64,000 nucleotides of DNA from a virus, in the IMG/VR virus record IMGVR_UViG_3300013101_002049, positions 1 to 64,000 of that record; one strand, 5' to 3'. Shown one piece after another: positions 1 to 10,093 of the stretch. Position numbers and translations under genes: made by a program. The stretch's first letter is position 1. Every line of letters begins with the position of its first letter. Below the pieces are notes generated by a model. That model had not been told where the DNA came from and did not search any database. It worked only from the letters and a program-made list of their open reading frames with translations.

Positions 1-195
1 ACAGACGCTATGCACGAATTTGATGCATGTTCTAACGGAACTAACAATCGAGGTGTATTTGGTGGAGGAGCTGGCAGCCCTGGTGTCGCATCAAATATAA
101 TGGATTATGTTACCATTTCATCTGTTGGAAACGCATCAGATTTCGGCGATTTAATAACAGCAAGATTTGGTTTAGCGGCAACATCAAACGGTTAA
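1..195 (+). CDS. 3' end of a repeat-containing phage protein (GVFGGG...DYVTIS..GNASDFGDL repeat), partial at the window edge
   Basis: Frame is open from base 1 to TAA at 193-195. It encodes one repeat unit, NNRGVFGGG...IMDYVTISSVGNASDFGDL..AR.GLAATSNG. Confidence 0.7.
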   Translation, partial: TDAMHEFDACSNGTNNRGVFGGGAGSPGVASNIMDYVTISSVGNASDFGDLITARFGLAATSNG

Positions 196-337
196 TAGCG
201 GCGTGTTTGGAGGTGGTTATTCTGATGCTATTACTAATTTAATAGATTATATAACCATTTCTAATACTGGAAATGCTAGTGATTTTGGCGATCTAACAAT
301 GGGTAGGCAAAGACCCACTGCATGTTCCGATGCATAA
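194..337 (+). pseudogene. out-of-frame final repeat unit of the upstream gene
   Basis: The shifted frame reads NSGVFGGGYSDAITNLIDYITISNTGNASDFGDLTMGRQRPTACSDA*, the same repeat as in 1-195, with no upstream start codon or RBS. Confidence 0.65.
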
Positions 338-393
338 TTTTAAGTTAAATTATAGTTATAGATAATATTATTGATATTAAGTTTAATAATTAA

Positions 394-419
394 CTAACCA
401 GTCTATAATTAGAGGAATA
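394..419 (+). promoter_or_regulatory. conserved promoter-like motif, copy 1 (CTAACCAGTCTATAATTAGAGGAATA)
   Basis: 24/26 identical to 23161-23186. Lies just upstream of the head operon and contains TATAAT. Confidence 0.6.
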
Positions 420-443
420 CTTTTATATGGGGAGGATTGTGTT

Positions 444-1514
444 GTGTCTACTAATAAACCTATAAAATTAGAAGCAGAAATTCAAATATTAGAGGAAACT
501 GAAGAGCTGAGAAAAGAAGTCGCTGCTATGGTGGAGTTTCCGAAAAATAAAACCCCTGACATGTTGTTTTTTTCTGGGTGTTTTGTGTCTTCTGGTGAAA
601 ATTTGAATCATGCTTATTTCATGCCATCAGAGATGGTAAAGGCCCATTCTAGTATTGTGAATAAACCATTGGATATAGAACATGCTGAGGAAGAAATTGT
701 TGGTCATATTTATTCTAGCGCTTTTGTGGATCATAGTGGAAAAGCATTAGATATTAGTGAATTATCTGGTATGGATGAAGAAACTTTGGATAAAATGGAT
801 ATCGACGTAATGATTGGTGGTATAGTCTATAAAAGTCGTTTTCCAGAATTAGCCGAAGATGTTCAGAAGGGCAAATGGAAATTATCTATGGAGACTTATT
901 TTCAAAATTATGATGTTAAAGTAGGTGATTTAATTTTGTCTAAAAAAGAAGCGGAAGCCATGGGTTTGGCTTCATCTGATGTTCTAGGTAAGGCAGCTAG
1001 AATAGTTAAAAAAGGAGCCGCAATAGCTTCTGGAGAAATAGCAAGGGTGTTAAGAGATTTAATGTTTTCTGGATGTGGTTTAGTAAAACAACCTGCTAAT
1101 CCAAGGTCTTTAATATTTGAAACTGCTAAAAAACATGAAGAAGAAGGTACTATTGTTGTGGAATTAGATGAAGAAGAAAAAAAGGTACCTAAAGGAAAAG
1201 AAAAATCTGATATTGATACAGTGGATATTAGAAGACAAACAAGTGTGGGTATTTGTGTGAGTTATAAAAAGTATATTTATGCTAGTGAACCGCCTGGACC
1301 TGACACTGAAATTTTACATGAAAATTGGTGTACATTATTTGATGCTGAATGCACTTCTTTCGGTCATGATGTAACAGATCCTAATTGTTTACGTCGTAAA
1401 GCTGAAAGAAAAGCTGCGGAATATACCAAAGCTAGAATGCAAGAAGTTGAAGAAAACAACAATCGAGGCAAATTGTTGTTAGAATTAAAACAGTTATTAC
1501 AAAAAATTTCATAA
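444..1514 (+). CDS. putative prohead (maturation) protease, HK97/S78-like
   Basis: Motifs KPLDIEH..IVGHI, LSMET and GLVKQPAN resemble HK97-type protease His/Ser motifs. Position before scaffold and capsid genes fits. GGAGG RBS with GTG start. Confidence 0.65.
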   Translation: MSTNKPIKLEAEIQILEETEELRKEVAAMVEFPKNKTPDMLFFSGCFVSSGENLNHAYFMPSEMVKAHSSIVNKPLDIEHAEEEIVGHIYSSAFVDHSGKALDISELSGMDEETLDKMDIDVMIGGIVYKSRFPELAEDVQKGKWKLSMETYFQNYDVKVGDLILSKKEAEAMGLASSDVLGKAARIVKKGAAIASGEIARVLRDLMFSGCGLVKQPANPRSLIFETAKKHEEEGTIVVELDEEEKKVPKGKEKSDIDTVDIRRQTSVGICVSYKKYIYASEPPGPDTEILHENWCTLFDAECTSFGHDVTDPNCLRRKAERKAAEYTKARMQEVEENNNRGKLLLELKQLLQKIS

Positions 1515-1528
1515 GGAGGTAATCGCTC

Positions 1529-1972
1529 ATGCCACAAGCAAAATTAACCGGACGTAGCATACCCAAGGTTGTTAGAGTTAATGCTGATGATGATAAGGCA
1601 TGTTTGTACAAAAACTTGGGTAATGGTCGTAGAATTCCATTTATTTGGGGTGATACGGTAACGTTGGCATCTGGTACTACCGAAGTGGTAGTAGCTAGCG
1701 GTGTTAGTTTTAATGACTTTACCCCCGAGACTGGTATAATCCAGGTTACTCCAGTATTTACAGTAACAAGTGGTGTTTCATATGATACTACTGTTCTCGG
1801 TAAAGTTTATGTTGAGAAAGATGTTACTAATAAGACACTTAAATTGAAGTCAACTGTAGCTGCTGGTCAAGATACTGATTTTGATGTCACTGTGTTTTTA
1901 GGTGATGAGGCTACATTTACTTCTAGCTCTTCAAACCAGATTTGGAAACGAAGAGATTCAAGTTCTATGTAA
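1529..1972 (+). CDS. hypothetical virion protein (beta-rich, possible head decoration)
   Basis: AAGGAGG RBS, Thr/Val-rich, within the head operon. Confidence 0.55.
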   Translation: MPQAKLTGRSIPKVVRVNADDDKACLYKNLGNGRRIPFIWGDTVTLASGTTEVVVASGVSFNDFTPETGIIQVTPVFTVTSGVSYDTTVLGKVYVEKDVTNKTLKLKSTVAAGQDTDFDVTVFLGDEATFTSSSSNQIWKRRDSSSM

Positions 1973-2093
1973 TAAACAAGATTTAAGGATATAGGGCAAG
2001 GTTTATAAGTAAATTTGGATGATTTTTAAATAACATGAGGTTGGTTTGACATTTGGCAAATTTACGAAAATTTTATAAGGAGGTTTATTTTCT

Positions 2094-2963
2094 ATGAATG
2101 ATCAACTAGTTACTAATGTCGAATCTATTGTTGATGAAATCTTCAAGAAAAAAGAGGAAGCAGAGATGAAGAAAGAGACTGAGGCAGCACTGAATAACGC
2201 TGCCGCTACTATTACGGAGCTTAATGCATCCTTAGAGGCAAAGGATAATGAGCATAAAGCCGAGGTTGAAAGTCTTCAGGAATCCATTACTTCTCTTGAA
2301 ACCCAACTAAATGAAGTTGCGGAAGCCAAAAAGGCGCTTGAAGATGAAAAAGCAAGTTTCGATGAAGAAAAAGAAAAGTTGACTAAGCGAGCTGAATCTG
2401 CTGAAGAAGAATTGGATAATATGAAGAAAGACCAGTTGGCTGCTGAAAGAATGGAAGATCTTAAAACAGCTGGTGTTGCTTCTACCGACGAGGAAGCTCA
2501 GCGTGATAAAGTCAGAGAAATGACTGATGAAGATTTTGCTTCTTATAAAGAAGAATTGGTTTCTGTTAGATCTTATGTCATTAAAGAACTTGAGGATGCT
2601 GGGAACAGCACCGATGGTTCTGAAGAGGCTAAGAAAGAGGAAGCCAGAAAGAAAGAAGAAGCGGAACAGAAAAAAGAATTATTGGCAACAAGGCTTGAAG
2701 AATTAAAGGAAGCCGGTGCAGAAATTACTGATGAAGAGGAAATTGCTAAGATTCAGGATATGACAGATGAAGATTTTGCGTCATATAAAGATGAAGCAGT
2801 TGCTGCTCTGAGTTCTAGTGATGATGATAGCATTGATCCAATGAAAGCTGTTGCCGCTGCTCTTAACATGGAGTTTGAACCAGCTAAAGATGTATTGGCT
2901 AAGTATCGTGAACTTGGTGCTCAGATGGCTGAAAATATTAAGAGTAAACAAGAGAGACAGTAA
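2094..2963 (+). CDS. capsid scaffolding protein
   Basis: Acidic E/K-rich coiled coil with an internal duplication (MTDEDFASYK twice), located between protease and capsid genes. Confidence 0.7.
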   Translation: MNDQLVTNVESIVDEIFKKKEEAEMKKETEAALNNAAATITELNASLEAKDNEHKAEVESLQESITSLETQLNEVAEAKKALEDEKASFDEEKEKLTKRAESAEEELDNMKKDQLAAERMEDLKTAGVASTDEEAQRDKVREMTDEDFASYKEELVSVRSYVIKELEDAGNSTDGSEEAKKEEARKKEEAEQKKELLATRLEELKEAGAEITDEEEIAKIQDMTDEDFASYKDEAVAALSSSDDDSIDPMKAVAAALNMEFEPAKDVLAKYRELGAQMAENIKSKQERQ

Positions 2964-3009
2964 ATTTGAAGTCTTTTTTGCAAATTATATATAAGGAGGA
3001 ATGGTAATT

Positions 3010-3615
3010 ATGTTTATTCCCAGACATCCTGTAGTGGAGAATCAATTTTGTCAATTTAATGAGACAAGCACGTCTACTGGTGTAGGTGCTGTACTCGCAT
3101 ACGCCGGTGCCGTGTGTTATCTTGTTAATGCCGCGGCAAATCAGGACGCCATTGTTGACCTTTATACTGCTGGTGATACTTATACTTCTCCTGAGAATTC
3201 ACCTTTTGGATTCTTAATGCAGAAAGTTAAGACTGGGTATCATCAAGTACACCCATCCGGTTTTTATATGCCTGGAGATTTAGGATCTTCAGATGTTGTT
3301 GCACAGCCTAAGTATAATGCAAGTGGTCAAATTAGTGGTACTAAGTTTGCTCCTGTTGGTGTGGCACATTTAGGTATTTGGGATACAGTTCACTACACTG
3401 TTGCTACTAAGGGTACAGACGCTATGAAACCTGGTGATCATCTTTACATTGATAAAACCGGTGGGTACTGTAAAGTAAGTAATAGTAGTGCTAATCAGCC
3501 AGATGGTGTTAGTACATCTGTTGCTAGAGTAGTTAAGGGTGCTAGTGCAGCACAGGTCGAGGCTAATATCGACAATACTACTTTGTATCCTATTAGAATT
3601 AAACTTCTAGTGTAA
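3010..3615 (+). CDS. putative capsid decoration/cement protein
   Basis: Directly upstream of the major capsid gene and beta-rich. Start moved to ATG 3010 on RBS spacing. Confidence 0.55.
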   Translation: MFIPRHPVVENQFCQFNETSTSTGVGAVLAYAGAVCYLVNAAANQDAIVDLYTAGDTYTSPENSPFGFLMQKVKTGYHQVHPSGFYMPGDLGSSDVVAQPKYNASGQISGTKFAPVGVAHLGIWDTVHYTVATKGTDAMKPGDHLYIDKTGGYCKVSNSSANQPDGVSTSVARVVKGASAAQVEANIDNTTLYPIRIKLLV

Positions 3616-3695
3616 TTTAGATTAAATATAAAAAGTTGAATTATGGATCAATGCGTTTATCGCATCCAAAACTCTTGAAGGAGGAAATAGCTATT

Positions 3696-4766
3696 ATGGA
3701 TAGAAAGGAAATGCAAAAACTTTTTAAGGCAACGGCTGCTATTAACACTCCGGAAGGTATGGCTGCATATAAGGCGTTTGCTGCAGCCCTTACTACACCT
3801 ATCCTTCAAGCGGTTGAGCGCGAATCCATCATGAGACAGCTGTTTGCTGTTGAAAGACTCGGCCCTGGTGCCCAGGCAGTTTACCCAGTAGCGGAAGATT
3901 TTGAAATCCCAGTGTGGATTCTGCCAGGTCTCGGTTATGTCGCTCAGAACTTCATTGAAGGTATCGGAGAAGAGGTATACGTTCCGACGTTTAACGTTGA
4001 TGCATCTGGTGATTGGAAGATTACTTATGCAAGGGATTCGAGAATTGATATACCTCAACGTGCCGCTGAGAAAGCCGCTAAAGCTATCGCTGATTATGAA
4101 GAAGAATGTGGATGGCGTGTGATTCTTCCCGCCGCTACATCTGCGTTTTCTGGTAAAGGACTGTTAGGATCACGTCCCGCGCCTATTTACGAGATCAATC
4201 CTGCATCTACTGGTGCTGGATATCTGTCAAAAGAATTGATCAATAGAATGATTGTTGGTTTTAAGAGAGTAGGAAGAACACTTACAGACCTGTACGTATC
4301 TCCTGAAGATGCTGCTGATATTCGTGAATGGACTGATACAGATATTGACCCAGTGACCCGAAGAGAAATTTTTCAGGCTGCTGGTATGGGAAGTATCTGG
4401 AATGTAACATTGCATGAAATTCAGCATCTTGGTGCAACTGGTCTTTATAATATTAATGGCAACTCTTCAGAATATGGTAAATTTATTGCTGACGCTGGTG
4501 ATGTATATAATGCATATACCTTAGATAATGCAAATGTTACTAATGCTGATGGTACTATTGCTACATTAGGTGAAACTCAGATAGTTGGTTTTGATCTTAG
4601 TGTTAATGACTCTCTTGTAATGCCTATTCGAAAAGAATATGATGCTTATGATGATCCTACATTGCTTCGTGTTCAGAAACAAGGTTTCTTCGGATGGGAA
4701 GAAATTGGATTCGCATGTCTTGATCCGAGAATGCTGGCTATTGGTGTGATTGATAGATCACTTTAA
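3696..4766 (+). CDS. major capsid protein (HK97 fold)
   Basis: About 356 aa after the scaffold, with an HK97-like sequence pattern (E-loop-like FAVERLGPGAQAVYP, long helix QRAAEKAAKAIADYEE, C-terminal GFFGWEEIGF). AAGGAGG RBS before ATG 3696; followed by a strong hairpin. Confidence 0.8.
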   Translation: MDRKEMQKLFKATAAINTPEGMAAYKAFAAALTTPILQAVERESIMRQLFAVERLGPGAQAVYPVAEDFEIPVWILPGLGYVAQNFIEGIGEEVYVPTFNVDASGDWKITYARDSRIDIPQRAAEKAAKAIADYEEECGWRVILPAATSAFSGKGLLGSRPAPIYEINPASTGAGYLSKELINRMIVGFKRVGRTLTDLYVSPEDAADIREWTDTDIDPVTRREIFQAAGMGSIWNVTLHEIQHLGATGLYNINGNSSEYGKFIADAGDVYNAYTLDNANVTNADGTIATLGETQIVGFDLSVNDSLVMPIRKEYDAYDDPTLLRVQKQGFFGWEEIGFACLDPRMLAIGVIDRSL

Positions 4767-4821
4767 TATCGTATAAATATACAGTGTCCTGTACTTTATT
4801 GTACAGGGCACTGATACGATA
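4767..4821 (+). terminator. stem-loop after the capsid gene (terminator or mRNA-stabilising hairpin)
   Basis: CAGTGTCCTGTAC/GTACAGGGCACTG 13-bp stem plus an outer TATCGTAT/ATACGATA stem; no U-tract. Confidence 0.65.
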
Positions 4822-4831
4822 GGATAAAGAT

Positions 4832-5188
4832 ATGTTGTTTTTTATATTAATACTTTTAGTAATAAATATAGAAGCAGTGACTAATATATTAAGTAAATCT
4901 GACCTCTTTAAACCTGTTAGAAAATTTTTATTTAACCGGTCTAATAATAGAGGCGCGAGATTTTTGCATGATCTATTAGATTGCTCGTATTGTACTTCGA
5001 TATGGGTTAGTTTGGTTTATGTTACTATATTTTATATAGTAGAGATATACGTATTATCGTCTGCGTTTATGTTTGTGATGTTAGTAATAGCTTTACATAG
5101 AATTTCAAATTTGTTACATCATATTATTGATCGAGTTGATAAGAACTCTGGATATGATATGATATTGGACAAGGAAAACGATATATAA
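4832..5188 (+). CDS. DUF1360-like small membrane protein
   Basis: Hydrophobic segments and LLDCSYCTSIW (CxxC..W) motif typical of DUF1360. Confidence 0.55.
   Translation: MLFFILILLVINIEAVTNILSKSDLFKPVRKFLFNRSNNRGARFLHDLLDCSYCTSIWVSLVYVTIFYIVEIYVLSSAFMFVMLVIALHRISNLLHHIIDRVDKNSGYDMILDKENDI
4933..4953 (+). promoter_or_regulatory. conserved promoter-like motif, copy 2 (TAACCGGTCTAATAATAGAGG)
   Basis: Matches TAACCnGTCTA-N4-TAGAGG and lies just downstream of the post-capsid hairpin. Confidence 0.5.
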
Positions 5189-5211
5189 GTTTTAAAAAGG
5201 AGGAAAAGGTT

Positions 5212-5691
5212 ATGGAAGGATATATTAAAAACAATTCTCCTACATGGAGACATGCTTTAAAAAGGTCTGTGGGACCCGGAGAAAAAATTTCTTTGGATGA
5301 TCTTTACGAACAATATGGTATTAAGCATGATATTGAAGAAGGTGATCAGTTTGTAAATTGGCTTCGTCAGGTAAAGTTACGTAATACAGATATTTGGGAA
5401 ATAAAGTATAAAGAATCTAAAAGCAAAAAAGAAAAGAAAATCGAATCTAGCGTAGAAGCTAAAAAGCCGTTGACGAAATCTACACAATTGGCTCCGTTTG
5501 TTAAAATCGAAGATAACCCTGAAGAATTAGCACAGCTGTCCGTTAGACAAGCTCGTGATATTATTCCCAAATCTACAGATCAAAAAATGTTAAAATACGC
5601 ATTAAATATGGCAAGTCAATTATCCAACAAAGATACTTTATGTAGAATGTTGAGAAAAAGAATACAAGAACTGGAACTTAGTAGGAGGTAA
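5212..5691 (+). CDS. hypothetical protein
   Basis: ORF with AAGGAGG RBS. Confidence 0.6.
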   Translation: MEGYIKNNSPTWRHALKRSVGPGEKISLDDLYEQYGIKHDIEEGDQFVNWLRQVKLRNTDIWEIKYKESKSKKEKKIESSVEAKKPLTKSTQLAPFVKIEDNPEELAQLSVRQARDIIPKSTDQKMLKYALNMASQLSNKDTLCRMLRKRIQELELSRR

Positions 5692-5694
5692 TAA

Positions 5695-5961
5695 ATGAAT
5701 AGTTATATGCAGGGTTATGAGAGAAATACCCCATCTCCTAAGTTCTATAGCACTGTTGTAGGCCATGAGGGGTATAATCCCACTATAACTAACTATTACA
5801 TTACTGTTAGTGGTGGGGATGATAAATTAGTTAGAGTAGAAGAGGTGTTTAGAGGAAAAATGTTTGCTCGGACTATCTCTGGATCTAATTATGCGCAGCA
5901 ATGGCCTAATTATTCTTATTCTGTGACTTATGACGCTTGGGAAGAAACAACTGTATCTTAA
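5695..5961 (+). CDS. hypothetical virion protein
   Basis: ORF with AGGAGG RBS; TVSG and TISG motifs. Confidence 0.55.
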   Translation: MNSYMQGYERNTPSPKFYSTVVGHEGYNPTITNYYITVSGGDDKLVRVEEVFRGKMFARTISGSNYAQQWPNYSYSVTYDAWEETTVS

Positions 5962-5992
5962 ATATAATTAGGATAAGAGAGGCAAATTACTG

Positions 5993-6913
5993 ATGATACG
6001 TCTGACTATAAGAGTTACGGATATAGAAAATGTAATGTTGTTGTATTCTTATATCAGAATATATCGGTCTGATGCGAGGGATGGGACTTATTCTCATTTA
6101 GCTTTTGTGCCTCTTGTACCAGGCCAATCGGAATATATTTATGATGATATTACAGGTACGCCTGATTATTGGTATAAGTCTTCATATTATAGAGATGAAA
6201 GCATGGAAAGTGCTTTATCTGATCCGGCTCAAGGTACAGCGCCTACTTTATACACAGGTGCAACTTATCCTAATGAGATTGATTTTGATACAGACCAATC
6301 AACTATAATAAGAAAAATAAGAAGATATATTGGAGATTTTAAAGGATTGTCTAGAATATATCTTGAAGATGGTGAAGATAGAAGTTGTAATTATATATCA
6401 GAGGATAACAAAACTTTAGAACTGGATGAAAAGGGATGGCCAGTTTATATTTCACTTCATTCATTGAGTAGTGATACGACAATAGAAAAAACTGATCTAA
6501 ATGATCCTGTAGTTCAAGGTTATAAATATCTTACATTCAGTGGTACTTTAATGAGTGGTACCCAGTGTGTGTATGATATTATAAATGTTTGGTATTATAC
6601 ATTTAAATATTCTGATAGAGAAGTTTATGAAGCTTATGGCGATGCTATGATACCGCCTAATGTACCTACAGATAGTGTTACGCAAGACCATTTGATTTTG
6701 CAGGCTTCGATTGATTTATTGGAAAACATGACTTCTGAAGATATGACTGAAGATGGAGCTACAATCAGAGATGATCAAAGTTTGTACGACCCATCTCCTG
6801 GTTTAAGGGAACGGGATAAGACAATCGGACGTCTTAAAGATATTTTGGACGCTTTGATTGATGAGTCTATTAAAAATGCGATAATAGCTCAAACAGGTGT
6901 ATTAATAGATTAA
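5993..6913 (+). CDS. putative head-tail adaptor/neck protein
   Basis: Position after the capsid gene. N-terminal Fn3-like beta segment (IYRSD...YIYDD..G..DYWYK) and helical C-terminus. Confidence 0.4.
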   Translation: MIRLTIRVTDIENVMLLYSYIRIYRSDARDGTYSHLAFVPLVPGQSEYIYDDITGTPDYWYKSSYYRDESMESALSDPAQGTAPTLYTGATYPNEIDFDTDQSTIIRKIRRYIGDFKGLSRIYLEDGEDRSCNYISEDNKTLELDEKGWPVYISLHSLSSDTTIEKTDLNDPVVQGYKYLTFSGTLMSGTQCVYDIINVWYYTFKYSDREVYEAYGDAMIPPNVPTDSVTQDHLILQASIDLLENMTSEDMTEDGATIRDDQSLYDPSPGLRERDKTIGRLKDILDALIDESIKNAIIAQTGVLID

Positions 6914-6931
6914 TGTGAGGTAGGAAAAACT

Positions 6932-7213
6932 ATGGCTGTAATATTAACTAGACGACGTAGTGGTGGTGGTTCTGGATCTTACGTAAATTTATTAATAGTT
7001 AATGAAGCTGCTGTAGGTTCTAAAAATAACTTAAATCGTATTTTTCAAACCGCTTATAACTATGTAGCTGGGACATTATCAGTTTATTATAATGGGCAGA
7101 GATTAACTAAAGACAATGATTATATGGAGCAGGATTCTAACGCATTTAGATTAGTTTATGTTAAGCCTTATAGCGATGATAATTTAGTTGTAGATTATCA
7201 AATACCTAATTAA
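6932..7213 (+). CDS. small virion structural protein
   Basis: LSVYYNGQRL...DY.E motif is shared with the C-termini of the two following proteins (DVYV.GQLL...DY.E). Confidence 0.55.
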   Translation: MAVILTRRRSGGGSGSYVNLLIVNEAAVGSKNNLNRIFQTAYNYVAGTLSVYYNGQRLTKDNDYMEQDSNAFRLVYVKPYSDDNLVVDYQIPN

Positions 7214-7262
7214 TACTTAATATTTAAGCGAGCCAAAATTCAAATAGGAGGAAGCATACAAA

Positions 7263-8591
7263 ATGGCTAGAAGTTTAATAAGGCAGTTAGAACAAATTAG
7301 GCGTTCTGCTACTTATAATGATCAGGTAGCTAACGTTACTTCTGGTACTGTAGCAGAGCCTACTGTATCTGGTTCGTTAGAGGACGACCTTAATGCTCTT
7401 CGTTCAATTATGCGTTTGACTAAGGGGTCTGCTAAATGGTATACTGATTTGGGTAATTATTTTGACCCAACTAATACTACTAGCGGAAGTGCAGAGCAGA
7501 AGGCGTTGAATCTAACTAATTTAAAGAATAACACCCTTGATGCTAAAACTGTTATTCTGGCTGTACAGGAAGACAATAGTGGAAATGGTTATACTGTTTC
7601 TGGTACTTCGACTGGTATACTACTTACAAGTGGCAATTCGACAGTTTATAATAAAGCGTATGCAACTGCGACTGATCGTACCGGTGGCTCAAGCGGTGCA
7701 CTTCCGATTTTTTCTTCTGTAAGTGGTGATTATTGGGATGAAGGTGGTGCAGATCGTGTTTGCCGTGTAGATGTGTTAAATTCATCTAATGATTCACAGA
7801 TGCAGGATACAAATGGTAATACTATTTACGCTAAGTTACATGATGGTGCCGATAATAGTGGAACTGGTGATGGTACCGATGTGTATGTGAGATTTTATGC
7901 TAATGATGCTGTATGTGACCTTTCAACTGTTACTGGTACTGTAACTTCTGTATATTTTATCGTTCCTGAACGTAGACGTATGACAGATGTTGAAGAGTAC
8001 GAATGGCAGAGAACCGATTTTGTTAGTTCTTGGGAAGGTGATGTTGAGCTTCTTGAAGATATTATGAATTTATGGAGTTATACAGGTGCAAGTGATGGTA
8101 TAGACAGTACCGCTGGTTCTTGGACTAATGCTACTGGAAATTACCCACTATCTGGTAATCCATCAGATTTACAGGCAGCTAGTGACGCATTGAATGATGC
8201 CGCTGGCGATAGAACTTATACTGAACAAAATTATGTTACAGATGCAGAAAGTTTTGCTGATTCTCTGGATGCATTGGATCAACAGGTAAAAGATAATGCT
8301 GACGCTATTGCAGCTGGTGCTGCTGATAAATATGTTGAAGAGGTTTCTGGTGATATTACGGCCGGTGTTGAGCACTCACTGCCTAATGGTTTGACTTATA
8401 CTCCTGATGCAACCGTTGGTCAAGAAGGAAGTAATATGGATGTTTATGTTGGAGGTCAGTTACTTGCTGCTGATACTGGTGCGGCTGGTGTTAATGCCGA
8501 TAGAGACTATGGTGAAACAAGTACATCTGGTATTACATTCCGCTTTAATGTACAGGACGGTAGGAATATTACCTATATGATTAGACAGTAA
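7263..8591 (+). CDS. virion structural protein (collar/whisker-like), paralog A
   Basis: 442 aa, similar over its whole length to 8619-10028. Confidence 0.65.
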   Translation: MARSLIRQLEQIRRSATYNDQVANVTSGTVAEPTVSGSLEDDLNALRSIMRLTKGSAKWYTDLGNYFDPTNTTSGSAEQKALNLTNLKNNTLDAKTVILAVQEDNSGNGYTVSGTSTGILLTSGNSTVYNKAYATATDRTGGSSGALPIFSSVSGDYWDEGGADRVCRVDVLNSSNDSQMQDTNGNTIYAKLHDGADNSGTGDGTDVYVRFYANDAVCDLSTVTGTVTSVYFIVPERRRMTDVEEYEWQRTDFVSSWEGDVELLEDIMNLWSYTGASDGIDSTAGSWTNATGNYPLSGNPSDLQAASDALNDAAGDRTYTEQNYVTDAESFADSLDALDQQVKDNADAIAAGAADKYVEEVSGDITAGVEHSLPNGLTYTPDATVGQEGSNMDVYVGGQLLAADTGAAGVNADRDYGETSTSGITFRFNVQDGRNITYMIRQ

Positions 8592-8618
8592 AAAATCCAA
8601 TAAAGGAGAGTATAACAA

Positions 8619-10028
8619 ATGTCTAGAAGTCTATTAACTCAGTTAGAACAAATTAGGCGTTCAGCTACATATGATGATCAGGTAGCTGGTGCAGTTTCCG
8701 GTACTATAGCTGAGCCGACAGTCTCAGGTTCTCTTGAAGACGATCTGAACGTTTTTAGAAGTATTATGAGACTAGTTAAGGGAAGTACTAACTGGTATGA
8801 TAACATAGGTAATTATTTCGATCCAACCAATACTACTAGTGGAAGCGGTGAGACTAAATCACTGGATTTGACTAATTTAAAAAATCACAGTATGGATGCG
8901 AAAACTGTTATCGTGCCGGTAGTTTCTGACAATAGCGGCTCAGGCTATTCAGTCAGTGGTACACAAGACGGTTTCTTAATGAATATCACTACTAGTTATG
9001 CTACGGCTACTGATAGACGTGGTCTTCCTATTTATCAAAGTACTAGCGGAGATTATTGGGATGAAGGTGGTGCTTTAGATGTTTGTGCTGTGGATATTCT
9101 TAGCGTGGCTAACAACGCATCTATAACAACTAGTGGTGGGGATGTTATTTATGGATTGTTCTATGACGCCGCTGATGAAGGCGGAACTGGAACTGGTACT
9201 GATGTTTATGTTAAATTTTATGCAAATGGTTCTCCTATAGGTTTTCCAAGTGGGTATACAACTACAACTACAACTATTAGTGGTGGTTACACGCCTCCAA
9301 GTGGCGATGATGTTGATTTCGATTTTGGTGGCGGATATGTCACACCAAGTGGTAATCTTGTTAATTTTGATTTTAATGAGTATTCTACTACTGGTGGTAT
9401 TAAGGTAGTTTATCCTCATAGAAAGATAATGACTAATGTTCAGGAATATGAGTGGTTCAGAACAGATTTTATTACTAAGGTAGAAGGGGATCCAATTTTT
9501 GTTGAAGATATTAGTAATCTTTGGGGTTATACTGGAGCAGTTGATGGAGTGGAATCTACTGCTGGTAGTTGGAATGCAACTAATGGTAACTACCCGTTTG
9601 CTTCTGATCCATCAGATTTACAGATAGCTATTGATGTAATGAATACAGCTTTAGGTGACACCACGTTTACTGAAGGTAATTATATGTCGGATGGGGACAC
9701 TATAGCTTCAGGTATTAATGCATTAGATGAGCAGGTTAAAGATAATGCCGACGCTATTTCTGCAAATTTAGGTGTTAAATATACCGAAGACGTTAGTGTA
9801 ACTATCCCTAGAAATACTTTACATGGTTTGCCTGCTGGTGTTACTTATACACCTGATTCAACTGCTGGCCAGGAAGGTAAAAATATGGATGTTTACGTCA
9901 ATGGTCAATTGTTAATGGTTGATGCAAGTGGTGAATTAAGAGATTATGAAGAAACGACAACTTCTGGTGTTACATTTAGGTTTAATGTGGTAGCAGATTC
10001 AAATATAGTTTATATGGTAAGGCAATGA
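8619..10028 (+). CDS. virion structural protein (collar/whisker-like), paralog B
   Basis: Tandem paralog of 7263-8591 with an extra Thr-rich/YxxPSG insertion. Confidence 0.65.
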   Translation: MSRSLLTQLEQIRRSATYDDQVAGAVSGTIAEPTVSGSLEDDLNVFRSIMRLVKGSTNWYDNIGNYFDPTNTTSGSGETKSLDLTNLKNHSMDAKTVIVPVVSDNSGSGYSVSGTQDGFLMNITTSYATATDRRGLPIYQSTSGDYWDEGGALDVCAVDILSVANNASITTSGGDVIYGLFYDAADEGGTGTGTDVYVKFYANGSPIGFPSGYTTTTTTISGGYTPPSGDDVDFDFGGGYVTPSGNLVNFDFNEYSTTGGIKVVYPHRKIMTNVQEYEWFRTDFITKVEGDPIFVEDISNLWGYTGAVDGVESTAGSWNATNGNYPFASDPSDLQIAIDVMNTALGDTTFTEGNYMSDGDTIASGINALDEQVKDNADAISANLGVKYTEDVSVTIPRNTLHGLPAGVTYTPDSTAGQEGKNMDVYVNGQLLMVDASGELRDYEETTTSGVTFRFNVVADSNIVYMVRQ

Positions 10029-10035
10029 TTAAATA

Positions 10036-10061
10036 TATAGGCGCGCTTCGGCGCGCCTATA
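10036..10061 (+). terminator. perfect hairpin with C(UUCG)G tetraloop
   Basis: TATAGGCGCGC-TTCG-GCGCGCCTATA, 11-bp stem, no U-tract. Confidence 0.75.
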
Positions 10062-10093
10062 AATATTTATAGATTTAGGAGGAAAAGGTAAAA

